Source: a bacterium (GTDB lineage Bacteria; Hydrothermota; Tepidihabitantia; Tepidihabitantales; Tepidihabitantaceae). From it: a stretch of 64,000 bases of DNA. The position numbers and the translations under genes are program-made. The notes beneath the pieces are model-generated. The model made no database searches, was not told where the DNA came from, and saw nothing but the letters and a program-made list of their open reading frames with translations. The stretch covers positions 151,423 to 215,422 of the forward strand of contig DATJQV010000081.1 in assembly GCA_035505375.1 (NCBI GenBank), in the 5' to 3' direction. Of this stretch, positions 21,520 to 31,504 are shown in pieces. Every line of letters starts with the position of its first letter. Within the stretch, counting starts at the first letter, position 1.

Positions 21520-22785
21520 CTACAATTCGCCGATCAGGTTCTGGTACAGACCCATTTGGTCGACCTCGATCAACTCAATCTCGTTCACCGCACGGGCCAG
21601 CTTCTGCTGGCTCTCACGCGTCCCGACCTGAACGCCGCTCTGGATGATCCCCTCGAGCTTGCCGATGATCGCCTGGTTCTTGCCCATGATTGCGTTGATC
21701 AGGTCGCACTGGTCGGGAAGCGCCTCGAGCATGTCCTGCAGGTACCCGTTGGCGCTTTCCTTGTTGGCGAGCAGGGTCCAGATGAGTCGGTCGAAGTCCG
21801 CCCGGCCGCTGTCCTGACTCGCCGGGCAGAACGGTATGGTATCCAGGCTGCGAATCCAGATGTCGTACGCGGCAATGCCTGACTGCCAGCCCGTATCGGC
21901 CGACGCCTGGCCCAACTCAAGCGCCTGAGTCAGCACCGTGGTCAGCATGTCGCCCGGGTCGGGTTCGCCGGTGGCGTGATGAGCGACCTCATACGCCTCC
22001 CTGATCGGTCCGCTCAGCGCCACCTCGCCGCCTGAGCCCAGGGCATAGCCGTGCAGCAGCGAGTCGTTCGGGCCGCACCGCGTCGCGATGCCCCAGCTCT
22101 CGCCGTTGCCGCCGGACCAGGCGCCGAACACCAGTACCGGCTTACCCCGGCCCAACCGCGCGCGGATTGTGGCCAGCGCCTCCCGCTGAGATGGGCCCGC
22201 CGTTCGGGCCGAATCCTGGCCCGGGGCAAGGACGGGTCGGAACGACAAGCCGTAGTACTTCGTGATGGTCTGCAGATAGTGCCCGGCCTGCCCGTCCGGC
22301 CATGCGGCGCGGCAACCGTCGCGCCGGGCGGTGAACGCGAACGACTCACCGGTCAGGGCCGCCAGCCAGTCGTAGTCCACGGTCACGCCGTAATAGGCCA
22401 GGATGTCCTTCAGCGCGACCGCCAGCCCGGCCGGATACCGCTCGGCGTCGGGCAGCACGCCCAGCACGCCGGGGTCGGCCGTGAACGTCTTCTCAGCGTC
22501 GCCGCGCAGCACGGTCATCGGGATCTTCCCCTGAGAACCAACCGACCGAAACTGGAGCTGCACCAGTTCGTCGACGGTCTTCACCGGCTCACCGTTGTAG
22601 GACAAGATGACGTCGCCGGGCGCGAGCCCGAGCGTTTCCGCCTGGGTCCGGGGCAGAACGCGCCAGACTGCCGGCCGCGCGACCTGCGCGTAGGTAGCGC
22701 CTAACGACGGACCGGCCTCCTGCTTCCGGCACGCGACGACCAGCACCAGGGCGACCAGGGCAAAAGTGACAAAGTGCCTATTCAT
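21520..22785 (-). CDS. PDZ-domain lipoprotein, hypothetical
   Basis: Lipobox signal MNRHFVTFALVALVLVVAC and a PDZ-like segment GLAPGDVILSYNGEPVKTVDEL. The ORF is open upstream to 22887. Confidence 0.55.
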   Translation of the reverse strand: MNRHFVTFALVALVLVVACRKQEAGPSLGATYAQVARPAVWRVLPRTQAETLGLAPGDVILSYNGEPVKTVDELVQLQFRSVGSQGKIPMTVLRGDAEKTFTADPGVLGVLPDAERYPAGLAVALKDILAYYGVTVDYDWLAALTGESFAFTARRDGCRAAWPDGQAGHYLQTITKYYGLSFRPVLAPGQDSARTAGPSQREALATIRARLGRGKPVLVFGAWSGGNGESWGIATRCGPNDSLLHGYALGSGGEVALSGPIREAYEVAHHATGEPDPGDMLTTVLTQALELGQASADTGWQSGIAAYDIWIRSLDTIPFCPASQDSGRADFDRLIWTLLANKESANGYLQDMLEALPDQCDLINAIMGKNQAIIGKLEGIIQSGVQVGTRESQQKLARAVNEIELIEVDQMGLYQNLIGEL

Positions 22786-23002
22786 AGATGCTCCTTTTGT
22801 AAGCGGGCTGAGGGGGCGTCCACGTCTGCCATTATGAACCGCAGCCAGGCAAAAGCAAGGAAAAGCTCGGGGAAAAGGACCAGGCACAAAGTGCTAAGGA
22901 CAAAACAATGAGGAAAATGGGAGAGGGCAAAAGTGTGATTCAGGACTTACGACCTGCTTTGTCCTTACGACTTTGCAGTTGCGCGGCGCAGCCGCGCCGC
23001 GC

Positions 23003-24034
23003 TTACGCCGGCTTCGTGCCGACCACCGGCTCACCCAGGCCGGCCGGCGCTTCGAGCCGTACCGAAAGGTCGGCGAGCCCGGCGCAGACCGCCTGCGCCT
23101 GCACGTCGGTCAACGCGGAGTCCTTCAGACGCGGCCACAGGCTCCGGGCCAGCGTCACGGCCGACCACGTAATCCTGACGTTGACGAACCCGGCGTCCTC
23201 CAGCGTTTCCTTCATCGCCTCGCTGGTGAAGTGCTCGAGCTCGTAGAAACTCGCGCCGGTGATAGCCGCCTGATTGCGCTCGAGGAACTGCAGCCCGACC
23301 TCCGGATTGGCCGAAGGGTTTGTGCCGATCCGCTCGACCAGGTCGCGGAGCTTCTGGAACTCCTCCTTCATCTCCGGCGTGTTCGCGAACTTCACGAGGT
23401 AGTTCCGCTCCCACGGCGGCCGCGTGTGCTTCAGCGAATAGTGGTAACCGAGCGAATCCGTCGTCTCGGTCAGCATCATGTCCTCGCTCAACTCACGCTC
23501 GCGCCCCTCGCTCGCCTCGAAGAAGACGCGGAACCGGCCGCCCGGCTTCAGCACGCGGAACACCTCGGCAATCGCCTTGTACGGATCCGGGCTCTGCTCG
23601 ATGGAAGTCGCGGCCACGACGCCGTCGAACCGGTTGTCGGGGAAATCGAGCCCGGTAACCGGCACCTTCTTCACCGTGACGTTCTTCAACCCGAGCTTCT
23701 CGGCGCCGGCGGTAATGGCATCCACCCGGCGCTGCGACGGCTCGGCGCCGGTCACGGCCCTGAACAATGGCGCGAGGCGGAGCAACGGCCAGCCGTCGCC
23801 GGGCCCGATGTCCAGAATGTCCTGGGCGCCACCCATGTGCGAGGCGAAGTCACGGATTTGCGCCTCGTCGAGGAAATGCTGCTCCAGCCCGTACTCAATC
23901 GGAACGTCGATGACCGGCAGCTTCCCGCCGCCCTGCCGCTCCATACGGTCAAAAGTCTGCTCTGCGCTGTTGGACTCGACCGGCTTGGCAGTATTGACAA
24001 TCCAAGTCTCAAGAACGGTGTATTTCTTCGCCAT
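23003..24034 (-). CDS. Class I SAM-dependent methyltransferase
   Basis: DILDIGPGDGWP (motif I), the acidic motif II and VLKPGGRF. The start is taken at MAKKYTV. Confidence 0.7.
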   Translation of the reverse strand: MAKKYTVLETWIVNTAKPVESNSAEQTFDRMERQGGGKLPVIDVPIEYGLEQHFLDEAQIRDFASHMGGAQDILDIGPGDGWPLLRLAPLFRAVTGAEPSQRRVDAITAGAEKLGLKNVTVKKVPVTGLDFPDNRFDGVVAATSIEQSPDPYKAIAEVFRVLKPGGRFRVFFEASEGRERELSEDMMLTETTDSLGYHYSLKHTRPPWERNYLVKFANTPEMKEEFQKLRDLVERIGTNPSANPEVGLQFLERNQAAITGASFYELEHFTSEAMKETLEDAGFVNVRITWSAVTLARSLWPRLKDSALTDVQAQAVCAGLADLSVRLEAPAGLGEPVVGTKPA

Positions 24035-24469
24035 GTTCGAGGCAATGATAGCCGCACCGGCAGGTAAGTCAACTCGCACCGACCGCCCTGAATCCGAAAT
24101 AGATGACCACGAAAACACAAGGAAACGGAGATGAGGCAGACATCCACAGATTCCGCAGATTCAGCTCCGGATTCCGGAACATCTGAGTAATCTGCGTAAC
24201 TGCGGATGGTCTCCTCTTTCGTTTCGTGTCTTTCGTGGCTTCAATATCGGCTCTGGAGACCGAGGCTTCGCCTCCTCATGGAACGGCGGGCTGCCGTCAT
24301 CCCGGCTGACCCATTCAACTCGCCTGTAATGTCAGACGAGCCCGTTCAGCTCGCCCCTCCATCACTTCGAGCACTCGCTCCTGCGATGGCCCGGCCATGT
24401 TAGACGAGTCAAGTAATCTCTCTTCGCCCGGGACGCGCCAGCGCCAGACAGCAGACGTCCCTACGACTT

Positions 24470-24834
24470 CGGCCAAGCTAGGTCGAAGACGTCCGTATCT
24501 TGGCCAGGACCTGACGCGCCCACGGCGCGAGTTACCAGTTTCCAGTTGGCAGGTTGCAGGATTCAGACGGCGGGATCGGAAGGCATTGCGTCGAGACCCC
24601 GCAGGCGTTGATGACCGCTTCGCCCTTGGTCTACATGGCGCATACCCGGGGAATGGTTGCTTCGTAGCGCACGGCCAAGTCTTCGCACAGGTCGCCAAGC
24701 GTCTCCCCGACTCGTTTCAGGTTGTACCTAGCCTTCGAGCGGACCGCTCTCTTCTTCTGGTCAGTCATATCGTTCCTCCATTCGTGTCTTGCTTGTTGCA
24801 ACGCCATAGTACCAGAGCGTATTCCATCCATCAA
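24470..24834 (-). pseudogene. Degenerate, internally deleted copy of the small ORF at 7685-8137
   Basis: The first roughly 35 codons are conserved (KARYNLKRVGETLGDLCEDLAVRYEA versus KAKYKVERVKDTLNDHREGMALRYEA). The frame is then lost. Downstream DNA retains the blocks cgtccgtatcttggccaggacc and ccccgcaggcgtt(g/t)atgacc found in copy 1. Confidence 0.55.
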
Positions 24835-24910
24835 CTGGCGCTATCAACAAGCATAAGCTATTGATATTTAAGGTGATAATTGGCATGCAGAGTCACCCGC
24901 GCCAGCACTC

Positions 24911-25222
24911 GGTAAGTCACTCCCCCAGTGATTCCCCCAGTCACTCCCCCAGTGACTCCCCCAGTCACTTACCGAGTGACTTACCGAGTCACTTGCCTGG
25001 TGAGTCACCGAGTGACTGGGCGAGTGACTCGCCTGGTGACTTACCGACTGACATGGTAAGTGACATGCCCAGTTACTTGCCCAGTGAGTTGCCGAGTGAC
25101 TTACCCAGTGACTCGTCTAGTGAGTCGGCAAGTGACTTGCCTAGTGACACGCCGAGTGACTCGCCGAGTGAATTACCTAGTGAATTACCGAGTGGTTTGC
25201 TGAGTGGTTTGCTGAGTAGTTT
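24911..25222. repeat. 12-nt-periodic tandem array (about 26 units), copy 2; possibly the coding part of a Ser-x-x-Pro tetrapeptide-repeat ORF (24885-25250, plus strand)
   Basis: Units cccagtcactcc, ccgagtgactta, cctagtgacacg and others in perfect register. In the plus frame they read SHSP SDSP SDLP SELP. The fourth codon varies ccc/ccg/cct, which is synonymous. AAGGTG lies 9 nt before the ATG at 24885. Confidence 0.75.
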
Positions 25223-25415
25223 GAAGACGGGTATGCAGCGTGTCGGCTGATTGGGCGCTGACCATGGCCTTGATCATTCCAAGGACGGCAGCTTGCGGCG
25301 GTATATAGACACCAGGAATGCAGGAAGCCATCCAGCAAGCTCTTGGACGAACAATCTATGGAGCCTTCTGGCGAGCAGCGGAGCCAGTCCCGACCGGTGC
25401 TGTTGAGGCCGCGCT

Positions 25416-26834
25416 CTAGCGCGTCAGGACCACCTTTCGGACAGCTTGCGCTTGAGCTTCTCGCACGAAGTACACGCCGGGGCTGAGGCGGCTCACGTCA
25501 TTCGCGCCCGCCATCAGGCCCATCACCTTCCGCCCGCTCACGTCCAGCAGGCTTGCGGCTTGTGGCTTGCAGCTTGCGGCTTCCGGAAGGAACAGCGCTC
25601 CGCGAACGACCGTCGTGGCCGGCTTGCGGCTTGAGGCTTGTGGCTTGAGGCTCTCTTCTACCCCTGAGGCGCACAGATAGCTGCCCCAGATCTGCTGGTC
25701 ACTGCTCTGCCATATGCACCAGTGTTCGGTAACACCGACTGTGGTCATGGTCGGGTTGGTCTTCCGCGCGGAGTCGATGCACACCGGAACGTCCTGGCTC
25801 GAGAACATTGTCCGCGAGTAGATATCAGAACCTCCGTTCCGGTTCGACACCCACGCCACCGCAGCCTGATTCCAGGACTCGGTCGTGTACTCGGCCGGAG
25901 TTCCGCAGGGCGTGAAGTTGCTGCCGGCTCCGCTTGAGTCGCACCACCGTCGTCCGACCGAGAACGTGTCCATCGCTGTGCCGTAGACAGCCGTGTCGCC
26001 GTCGCGCGTCGATTCCCATGTAATCCATGGTCCCAAAGCGACCGGCGTCGGGCCGTAGCTTATCACATCGGGATTGCGGTCCAGCGCCGCCGAGTGCGCG
26101 ACCTCCTGCGGCGTCAGCCAGGACCCACTTACGTACTCGCTGTAGAAGATGTCGCCGTGTGTCTCCCAGACGAGCAGCGGGCAACCATAGTAGAGCCCGT
26201 GGTAGCCGCGGCCGAGCCGCGCGTGGCGAATCGTGTCGACCTGGACCACCGCAGCCCGCTGCGTCGTCCACGAATCACCGCCGTTGAACGAATAGTCGAT
26301 GTGCCAGCCGTCCGTATCCTGACAGGTCCAAGTCACCCAGGCCGTGTCGTACGGGCTGCCGTGTCTGATGGCCATCACCTGCGGCCACGTCGAATCGACG
26401 CCGGCAGTTTTGCCGGAACCGACCAGAACCCGTGAACTCCACGCCTGTCCGGCCGTGTCGAATTGCGCGTAGATATCAGCCGTACCGGCGGGGTGCTCCC
26501 AGACGCAGCAGAAAACAGGCCTGCCCGAAGACGCGTCATTAACGCAGGCGACGGCAGGGTTGACTGCAGCCAGGTTTCCGGAGATTAGTGTAGCAGGCCC
26601 CCACCCGTTGCCGTCAGTGAATGAACAGAGCTGACCGAACACTTCCCAGCGGACGCCACTGGCGAAGGACTGCCAGACCATGCACGTCGTGTCACCGAAC
26701 ACCCATTCCTTGCAGGCCGACGGCTTGATGCCGCCGATGCTGTCGCCCAAGAGGAACGGCCCGGTCCAGCCCTGCGCTGCCGCGTGGGGTGGGACTAAAG
26801 CGCAGAGAATCAAAACTATGATGCAGAACCTCAA
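25416..26834 (-). CDS. BNR/Asp-box repeat secreted protein with a C-terminal T9SS/FlgD-Ig-like sorting domain
   Basis: Signal peptide, Trp-rich repeats with S-x-D-x-G-x-T-W boxes (SFNGGDSWT) and a CTD ending ANDVSRLSPGVYFVREAQ...VVLTR. Confidence 0.65.
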   Translation of the reverse strand: MRFCIIVLILCALVPPHAAAQGWTGPFLLGDSIGGIKPSACKEWVFGDTTCMVWQSFASGVRWEVFGQLCSFTDGNGWGPATLISGNLAAVNPAVACVNDASSGRPVFCCVWEHPAGTADIYAQFDTAGQAWSSRVLVGSGKTAGVDSTWPQVMAIRHGSPYDTAWVTWTCQDTDGWHIDYSFNGGDSWTTQRAAVVQVDTIRHARLGRGYHGLYYGCPLLVWETHGDIFYSEYVSGSWLTPQEVAHSAALDRNPDVISYGPTPVALGPWITWESTRDGDTAVYGTAMDTFSVGRRWCDSSGAGSNFTPCGTPAEYTTESWNQAAVAWVSNRNGGSDIYSRTMFSSQDVPVCIDSARKTNPTMTTVGVTEHWCIWQSSDQQIWGSYLCASGVEESLKPQASSRKPATTVVRGALFLPEAASCKPQAASLLDVSGRKVMGLMAGANDVSRLSPGVYFVREAQAQAVRKVVLTR

Positions 26835-26843
26835 GACTCCTCC

Positions 26844-28148
26844 TTACTTTACGACGACAATCCTCCTAACGTCTTCTTGCTCACTACTCATCTCTCCCCG
26901 CTCCCTCACGAAATACACGCCGGGCGCAAGTCGCGACACATCATTCGCGCCGGAGTGCAACTCCGCGACCTTGCGCCCCGCCGCATCCAGGAGGACAGCG
27001 CGGAAAATGGGGACTGTACCGCGCCGAGTCGGACGCAGCCGCTCCGAGGGACTGTCCCCGTTTTCAGCTCGCGGCACAAACAGCACGTTCCTGACGACTG
27101 AGGGCGTTCGCGGCAAGCTGCGGACTCCCAGTTCCCGCGGCGCATCGCTCAATCCCAAAATGCCCATACCGTGAGCTATCCAAATGGCTCCGTGGTCGGA
27201 GTAAGCAATCACGGGTTCATTAAACGTGTCAGTTGTGATATCGCACCTGCCCGGACTTACCGAATCTCGGACGACCGACGTCTCTCCCCCCAGCATTGCG
27301 AACTTGATGCGGCCTGCCCGAGCCCACACGCACTGGACGCCGGCGGGGTTGTTCATGCAGGCCGCGCCGATGGAAGTGACACTGTCCAGCCGCACCCCAT
27401 CGCAGACAAGTTTATCATTCACAGGGTCCATCGCCGACCAGAATGTGTGAATGTAGTCGGAGCCGTCGGCCGCCAACGCGGCAAGGACGCCGCCACCGCC
27501 ATGGATCCCGCCTGCCTCTGTATCTGACGTCCAAACCCCACTGTCTCGCGTGTAGAGACTGACATTGTAAAAGTCAAAGAAACCACCCATGACCCCGTCG
27601 TCACTCTCCATGAACGCGCAATTGCCGTTCCAGCACCAGGTCGGACGGGTGAACGTAATCCACCAGTCCGAGTAGTTGGAGTCGGGAGGGATGACCAAGC
27701 TGGTGTCCCAACCCGAGTCAGTTCTCTGACCGAGGCACACGTTGCCAAGGCTATCCTTGAACATAAGCGATGGCCGACCGGCAAGGTCATAGCTGAAAGC
27801 CACGCCACTCATGGGCATGGGTAGTTGCTCAGATGACCAGACGGAGTCTCTGCGTTCGGCGAGTCGTCCCGATCCCACTACGCCAATCACGTCTCCAGGG
27901 CCGATGTCGAATGAGAACGGGGGTCGAACAAACGCAGTGTCTAAGTCTTCGTACTCCCACACTGTATCCTTGTGGGCAAGCCTGATGGCGGAGTCACGGG
28001 TGAGGTACGCGAGCCAGATCGTCCCGTCACTCGTCTTGTCAATGGCCACGTACGACCCAATGCTCCCGCTATCGACCTGCTCGAATTCCCAGTAGCCGGC
28101 GAGACAGACAGATGCGGTCACGGCAACGACGACGACCAGCGCTCTCAT
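26844..28148 (-). CDS. Secreted T9SS-CTD protein, paralog 1 of 3 in tandem
   Basis: N-terminal signal MRALVVVVAVTASVCLAGYWEFEQVDSGSIGSYVAIDKTSDGTIWLAY. The C-terminal tail is GANDVSRLAPGVYFVRE. Confidence 0.6.
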   Translation of the reverse strand: MRALVVVVAVTASVCLAGYWEFEQVDSGSIGSYVAIDKTSDGTIWLAYLTRDSAIRLAHKDTVWEYEDLDTAFVRPPFSFDIGPGDVIGVVGSGRLAERRDSVWSSEQLPMPMSGVAFSYDLAGRPSLMFKDSLGNVCLGQRTDSGWDTSLVIPPDSNYSDWWITFTRPTWCWNGNCAFMESDDGVMGGFFDFYNVSLYTRDSGVWTSDTEAGGIHGGGGVLAALAADGSDYIHTFWSAMDPVNDKLVCDGVRLDSVTSIGAACMNNPAGVQCVWARAGRIKFAMLGGETSVVRDSVSPGRCDITTDTFNEPVIAYSDHGAIWIAHGMGILGLSDAPRELGVRSLPRTPSVVRNVLFVPRAENGDSPSERLRPTRRGTVPIFRAVLLDAAGRKVAELHSGANDVSRLAPGVYFVRERGEMSSEQEDVRRIVVVK

Positions 28149-28157
28149 TGCATCTCC

Positions 28158-29441
28158 TTACCTGACCACCACGACCCTCCTGACTCCCGCGCGCTCGTGG
28201 CCTACTCCTTCATCTCCCACAAAGTACACGCCCGGCGCAAGTCGCGACACATCGTTTGCGCCTATATGCAGCTCCGCCACTCTGCGCCCCGCCACATCCA
28301 GCAGGGCTGCGGCTTGGAGCTTGTGGTCTGAGGCCTGCGGCAGGAACAGCACGTTCCTGACAATTGAAGGAGCTCGTGCCATACTGCGGACTATCGACTC
28401 CCGCGGCTCATCGGTCAATCCAACGATGCCCACGCCGTGTGCGACCCAGATGGAGCCGTCGCTTCGGCAGAAGGCTATGACCGGCTCAGCCAACTTGTCA
28501 GTCGTGATGTCGCACCAGACGACCCGATCCGCGCCTCCGACGACTTGTGTCGGCTCCCCGAGCAGGACGAACTTGAGGAGGCTGTCACGGGCCCACCATG
28601 CACACTGCACGCGACCGGAGTCGTCCAGGCAGGCCGCGCCGATGCTGGTGCAGGCGTCCAAGACAACGCCGTCGCAGACCAATTCGTCCGCCACGTAGTT
28701 GTCGGCAGCCGACCAGAACGTGTGAATGCTGTCGGAACTGTCAACCAACGCGGCAAGCCCGATTCCTTCGCCGTCGAGCCCGCCCGTTCCGCCGAAGTCT
28801 GTCCAGACGCCGCTATCTCTTCGCTTGAAAGAGACTTCGTAACCGTCTTGCAGGCCCATGCTCCACCAGTCGGCCACAATGAGTGCGCAGTTGCCATTCC
28901 GGCGCCAAGCCGGAGCGGTAATAGTAGCCCACGTCGAGTTTTGTGGGACATAAAAGACATTCGTGTCCCAGGATGGGCCTGTCTTCAGGCCGACGCAGCC
29001 GCGCCCCAAGCTGTCCTTGAAAGTGAGCGACGGCCGGCCTGCCGGGTCATAGCTCATGGACAGACCGTACATGACCATTGGCAGTCGCTCGGACGCCCAG
29101 ACGGAATCTCTGCGTTGGGCGAGCCGACCCAGTCCGACCACGCCGATGGCGCCGTCCGTGCTCACGTCGAAGGAGAACGGGAGGTTGTCACGAAGGAAAT
29201 TCGAAGGGAATATGGGACGAACCAAGGCGGTATCCAGGTCTTGGTACTCCCACACTGAATCCCGGTGGGCGAGCCTGATCGCGGAGTCACGGGTAATGTA
29301 CGCGAGCCAGATGGTCCCGTCGCTCGTCTTGTCAATCGCGACGTACGACCCAATGCTACCGCTGTCTACCTGTTCGAATTCCCAGTAGCCGGCGAGACAG
29401 ACAGATGCGGTCATGGCAACGACGACAACCAACGCTTTCAT
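28158..29441 (-). CDS. Secreted T9SS-CTD protein, paralog 2 of 3
   Basis: Over 60% identical to paralog 1 in the N-terminal 120 aa (MKALVVVVAMTASVCLAGYWEFEQVDSGSIGSYVAIDKTSDGTIWLAYITRDSAIRLAH). Confidence 0.6.
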   Translation of the reverse strand: MKALVVVVAMTASVCLAGYWEFEQVDSGSIGSYVAIDKTSDGTIWLAYITRDSAIRLAHRDSVWEYQDLDTALVRPIFPSNFLRDNLPFSFDVSTDGAIGVVGLGRLAQRRDSVWASERLPMVMYGLSMSYDPAGRPSLTFKDSLGRGCVGLKTGPSWDTNVFYVPQNSTWATITAPAWRRNGNCALIVADWWSMGLQDGYEVSFKRRDSGVWTDFGGTGGLDGEGIGLAALVDSSDSIHTFWSAADNYVADELVCDGVVLDACTSIGAACLDDSGRVQCAWWARDSLLKFVLLGEPTQVVGGADRVVWCDITTDKLAEPVIAFCRSDGSIWVAHGVGIVGLTDEPRESIVRSMARAPSIVRNVLFLPQASDHKLQAAALLDVAGRRVAELHIGANDVSRLAPGVYFVGDEGVGHERAGVRRVVVVR

Positions 29442-29450
29442 TGCATCTCC

Positions 29451-30725
29451 TTACCTGACCACCACGACCCTCCTGACTCCCGCGCGCTCGTGGCCTACTC
29501 CTCCATCTCCCACAAAGTACACGCCCGGCGCAAATCGCGACACATCGTTTGCGCCTATATGCAGCTCCGCCACTCTGCGCCCCGCCGCATCCAGCAGGCT
29601 TGCGGCTTGTGGCTTGCGGCCTGAGGACTGCCGCAGCAACAGGACGTTCCTGACGACTGAGGGAATTCTCGACAGGCTGCTGACTGCCGACTGCTGCGGC
29701 GCATCGCTCAGTGCGGCAACGCCCACCCCGTGGGCGACGTGAATGGAACCGTCGCTCAAGCGGTATGCGATCACGGGCTGTGAAAGTGAATCGGTCGTTA
29801 TGTCACAGCAGGTGATACTGACGCCGCTCAAGACCACCTGTATCGGCTCATGGAGCAAGTCGAACTCCAGCGCATTGTTGCCTACCCATACGCACTGCAC
29901 GCGGCCGGAGCCGTCCAGGCAGGCCGCGCCGATGGAAGTGTAACCGTCCAGTCGCACCCCATCGCAGACAAGTTCATCAGTCCCGTAAGGGTCGCCTGCC
30001 GACCAGAGTGTGTGAATGCTGTCGGAGCTGTCAGCCAACGCCGCAAACCCGCAACCGCCGCCGTCGAGTCCGCCCGCTCCGCCGAAGTCTGTCCAGACAC
30101 CGTTGTCTCGTCGTTTGAGAGAGACGTCGTAACCGTCAATCAAGCCACCCTCGGTCCACACGTCGGCCTCAATGAGTGCGCAGTTGCCGTTCCGGCGCCA
30201 ACCCGGGCGGGTAAGGGAATACGTGTTGCTATCCGTCATGTAGACAACATTCGTATCCCAGGAGGAATCAGTCTTCAGGCCAAGACACCCGCGCCAGAGG
30301 CTGTCCTTGAACGTAAGCGATGGCCGACCGGCCGGGTCATAGCTTAAGGCCGCATCTCTCATGGGCATCGGTAGTTGCTCAGATGACCAGACGGAGTCTC
30401 TGCGTTCGGCGAGTCGTCCCGATCCCACTACGCCCATCACATCTCCAGGCCCGATGTCAAACGAGAAAGGCGGCCGGACGAGCGACGTATCCAAGTCTTC
30501 GTACCACCACCCCGCGTCCGCGTGCGCAAGCCGGATGACGGAATCGCGGTTCTCGTAGGCGAGCCAGATGGTCCCGTCACTCGTCTTGTCAATGGTCACG
30601 TACGACCCAATGCTCCCATTGTCCACCAGTGCGAAGGTCCAATAGCCTGCACGGCAGATGGTCGCGACCGTGGCAATGGCGACCACGGATATTTGAAGAC
30701 GCCGGCAGAAGTCAAACGTTGCCAT
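29451..30725 (-). CDS. Secreted T9SS-CTD protein, paralog 3 of 3
   Basis: The start is taken at MATFDFCRRLQISVVAIATVATICRAGYWTFALVDNGSIGSYVTIDKTSDGTIWLAY. The ORF is open upstream to 30989, probably without meaning. Confidence 0.55.
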   Translation of the reverse strand: MATFDFCRRLQISVVAIATVATICRAGYWTFALVDNGSIGSYVTIDKTSDGTIWLAYENRDSVIRLAHADAGWWYEDLDTSLVRPPFSFDIGPGDVMGVVGSGRLAERRDSVWSSEQLPMPMRDAALSYDPAGRPSLTFKDSLWRGCLGLKTDSSWDTNVVYMTDSNTYSLTRPGWRRNGNCALIEADVWTEGGLIDGYDVSLKRRDNGVWTDFGGAGGLDGGGCGFAALADSSDSIHTLWSAGDPYGTDELVCDGVRLDGYTSIGAACLDGSGRVQCVWVGNNALEFDLLHEPIQVVLSGVSITCCDITTDSLSQPVIAYRLSDGSIHVAHGVGVAALSDAPQQSAVSSLSRIPSVVRNVLLLRQSSGRKPQAASLLDAAGRRVAELHIGANDVSRFAPGVYFVGDGGVGHERAGVRRVVVVR

Positions 30726-30726
30726 C

Positions 30727-31275
30727 CTATTCAAGGTCTTCCTCCTTTGCGGAACGGCGGAGCATCTCAAGCTCTGCGATTTCGGCCTTGAGGAGTTCGT
30801 AGACGTTGTAGACAATCGGGCAGTACGGCAGGTTCCAGAGCGCCATGACGGAATGGGTGGCGAAATCCGGCCTGTACAGGAAGGGAAAGTCGACGCAGGA
30901 CTCGGGCCGGCTGTGGTAGTAGCGGCAGAGTTTGTCCTGAAGAAACGGGCAGGGCTTCTGAGTGGGCACGAACTTCCCCTTCTCCTCAACCTCCTTCAGG
31001 TACGTGTGCGCGAGTACGTCCGGCGTGACACCCACGGCCTGCGCCAGCCGCGCAATATCTCTCCGGCTTAGCGCCGGATACAACTCTCGGCAGCAGTTGG
31101 CACACGTGCGGCAGTCGATTTTCGAGGAGACTATGCCCGACAGACGGTGGACGATGCCGTCGATCTCTTCCGGAGTGATAGAGCAACGTCTGATGTGGAC
31201 ACGAAACGCCTGGTTCTCGGCTTCCTTCTCTTTGGCCAGTTCCAGTATGCGGGCAAGGTCGGTCTCGAGTTTCAT
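30727..31275 (-). CDS. YkgJ-family (UPF0153) Cys-cluster protein
   Basis: CxxCxxCC motif (CRTCANCC) plus additional conserved Cys residues. 182 aa. Confidence 0.65.
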   Translation of the reverse strand: MKLETDLARILELAKEKEAENQAFRVHIRRCSITPEEIDGIVHRLSGIVSSKIDCRTCANCCRELYPALSRRDIARLAQAVGVTPDVLAHTYLKEVEEKGKFVPTQKPCPFLQDKLCRYYHSRPESCVDFPFLYRPDFATHSVMALWNLPYCPIVYNVYELLKAEIAELEMLRRSAKEEDLE

Positions 31276-31504
31276 GGTTCAGCTAGCCGGCGAGTCTTGC
31301 CGACTCGGCCACATTCTCCCCTGCGGCTTGACGAAGCCGACATCCGCTACGTACAGCGCTTTCATTGCCGCCACCATCTCCATCATACGCCACACAGCCA
31401 ATAGGTCAAGGCAGAGGGAAGTGCACCTGTGGTCAAGTGGACCAGTGGTCGAGTCCCGGCGCGCGGTTCTTGACTCGGCTGGCGTGTGCTGGCACGATTG
31501 AGGC

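Noticed and set aside
22982-23005. Perfect 8-bp GC palindrome (gcgcggcg cagccg cgccgcgc) considered as a terminator
   Set aside because: It overlaps the stop codon of the methyltransferase and has no U-tract on either strand. It may still form a hairpin, but it is not a convincing intrinsic terminator.
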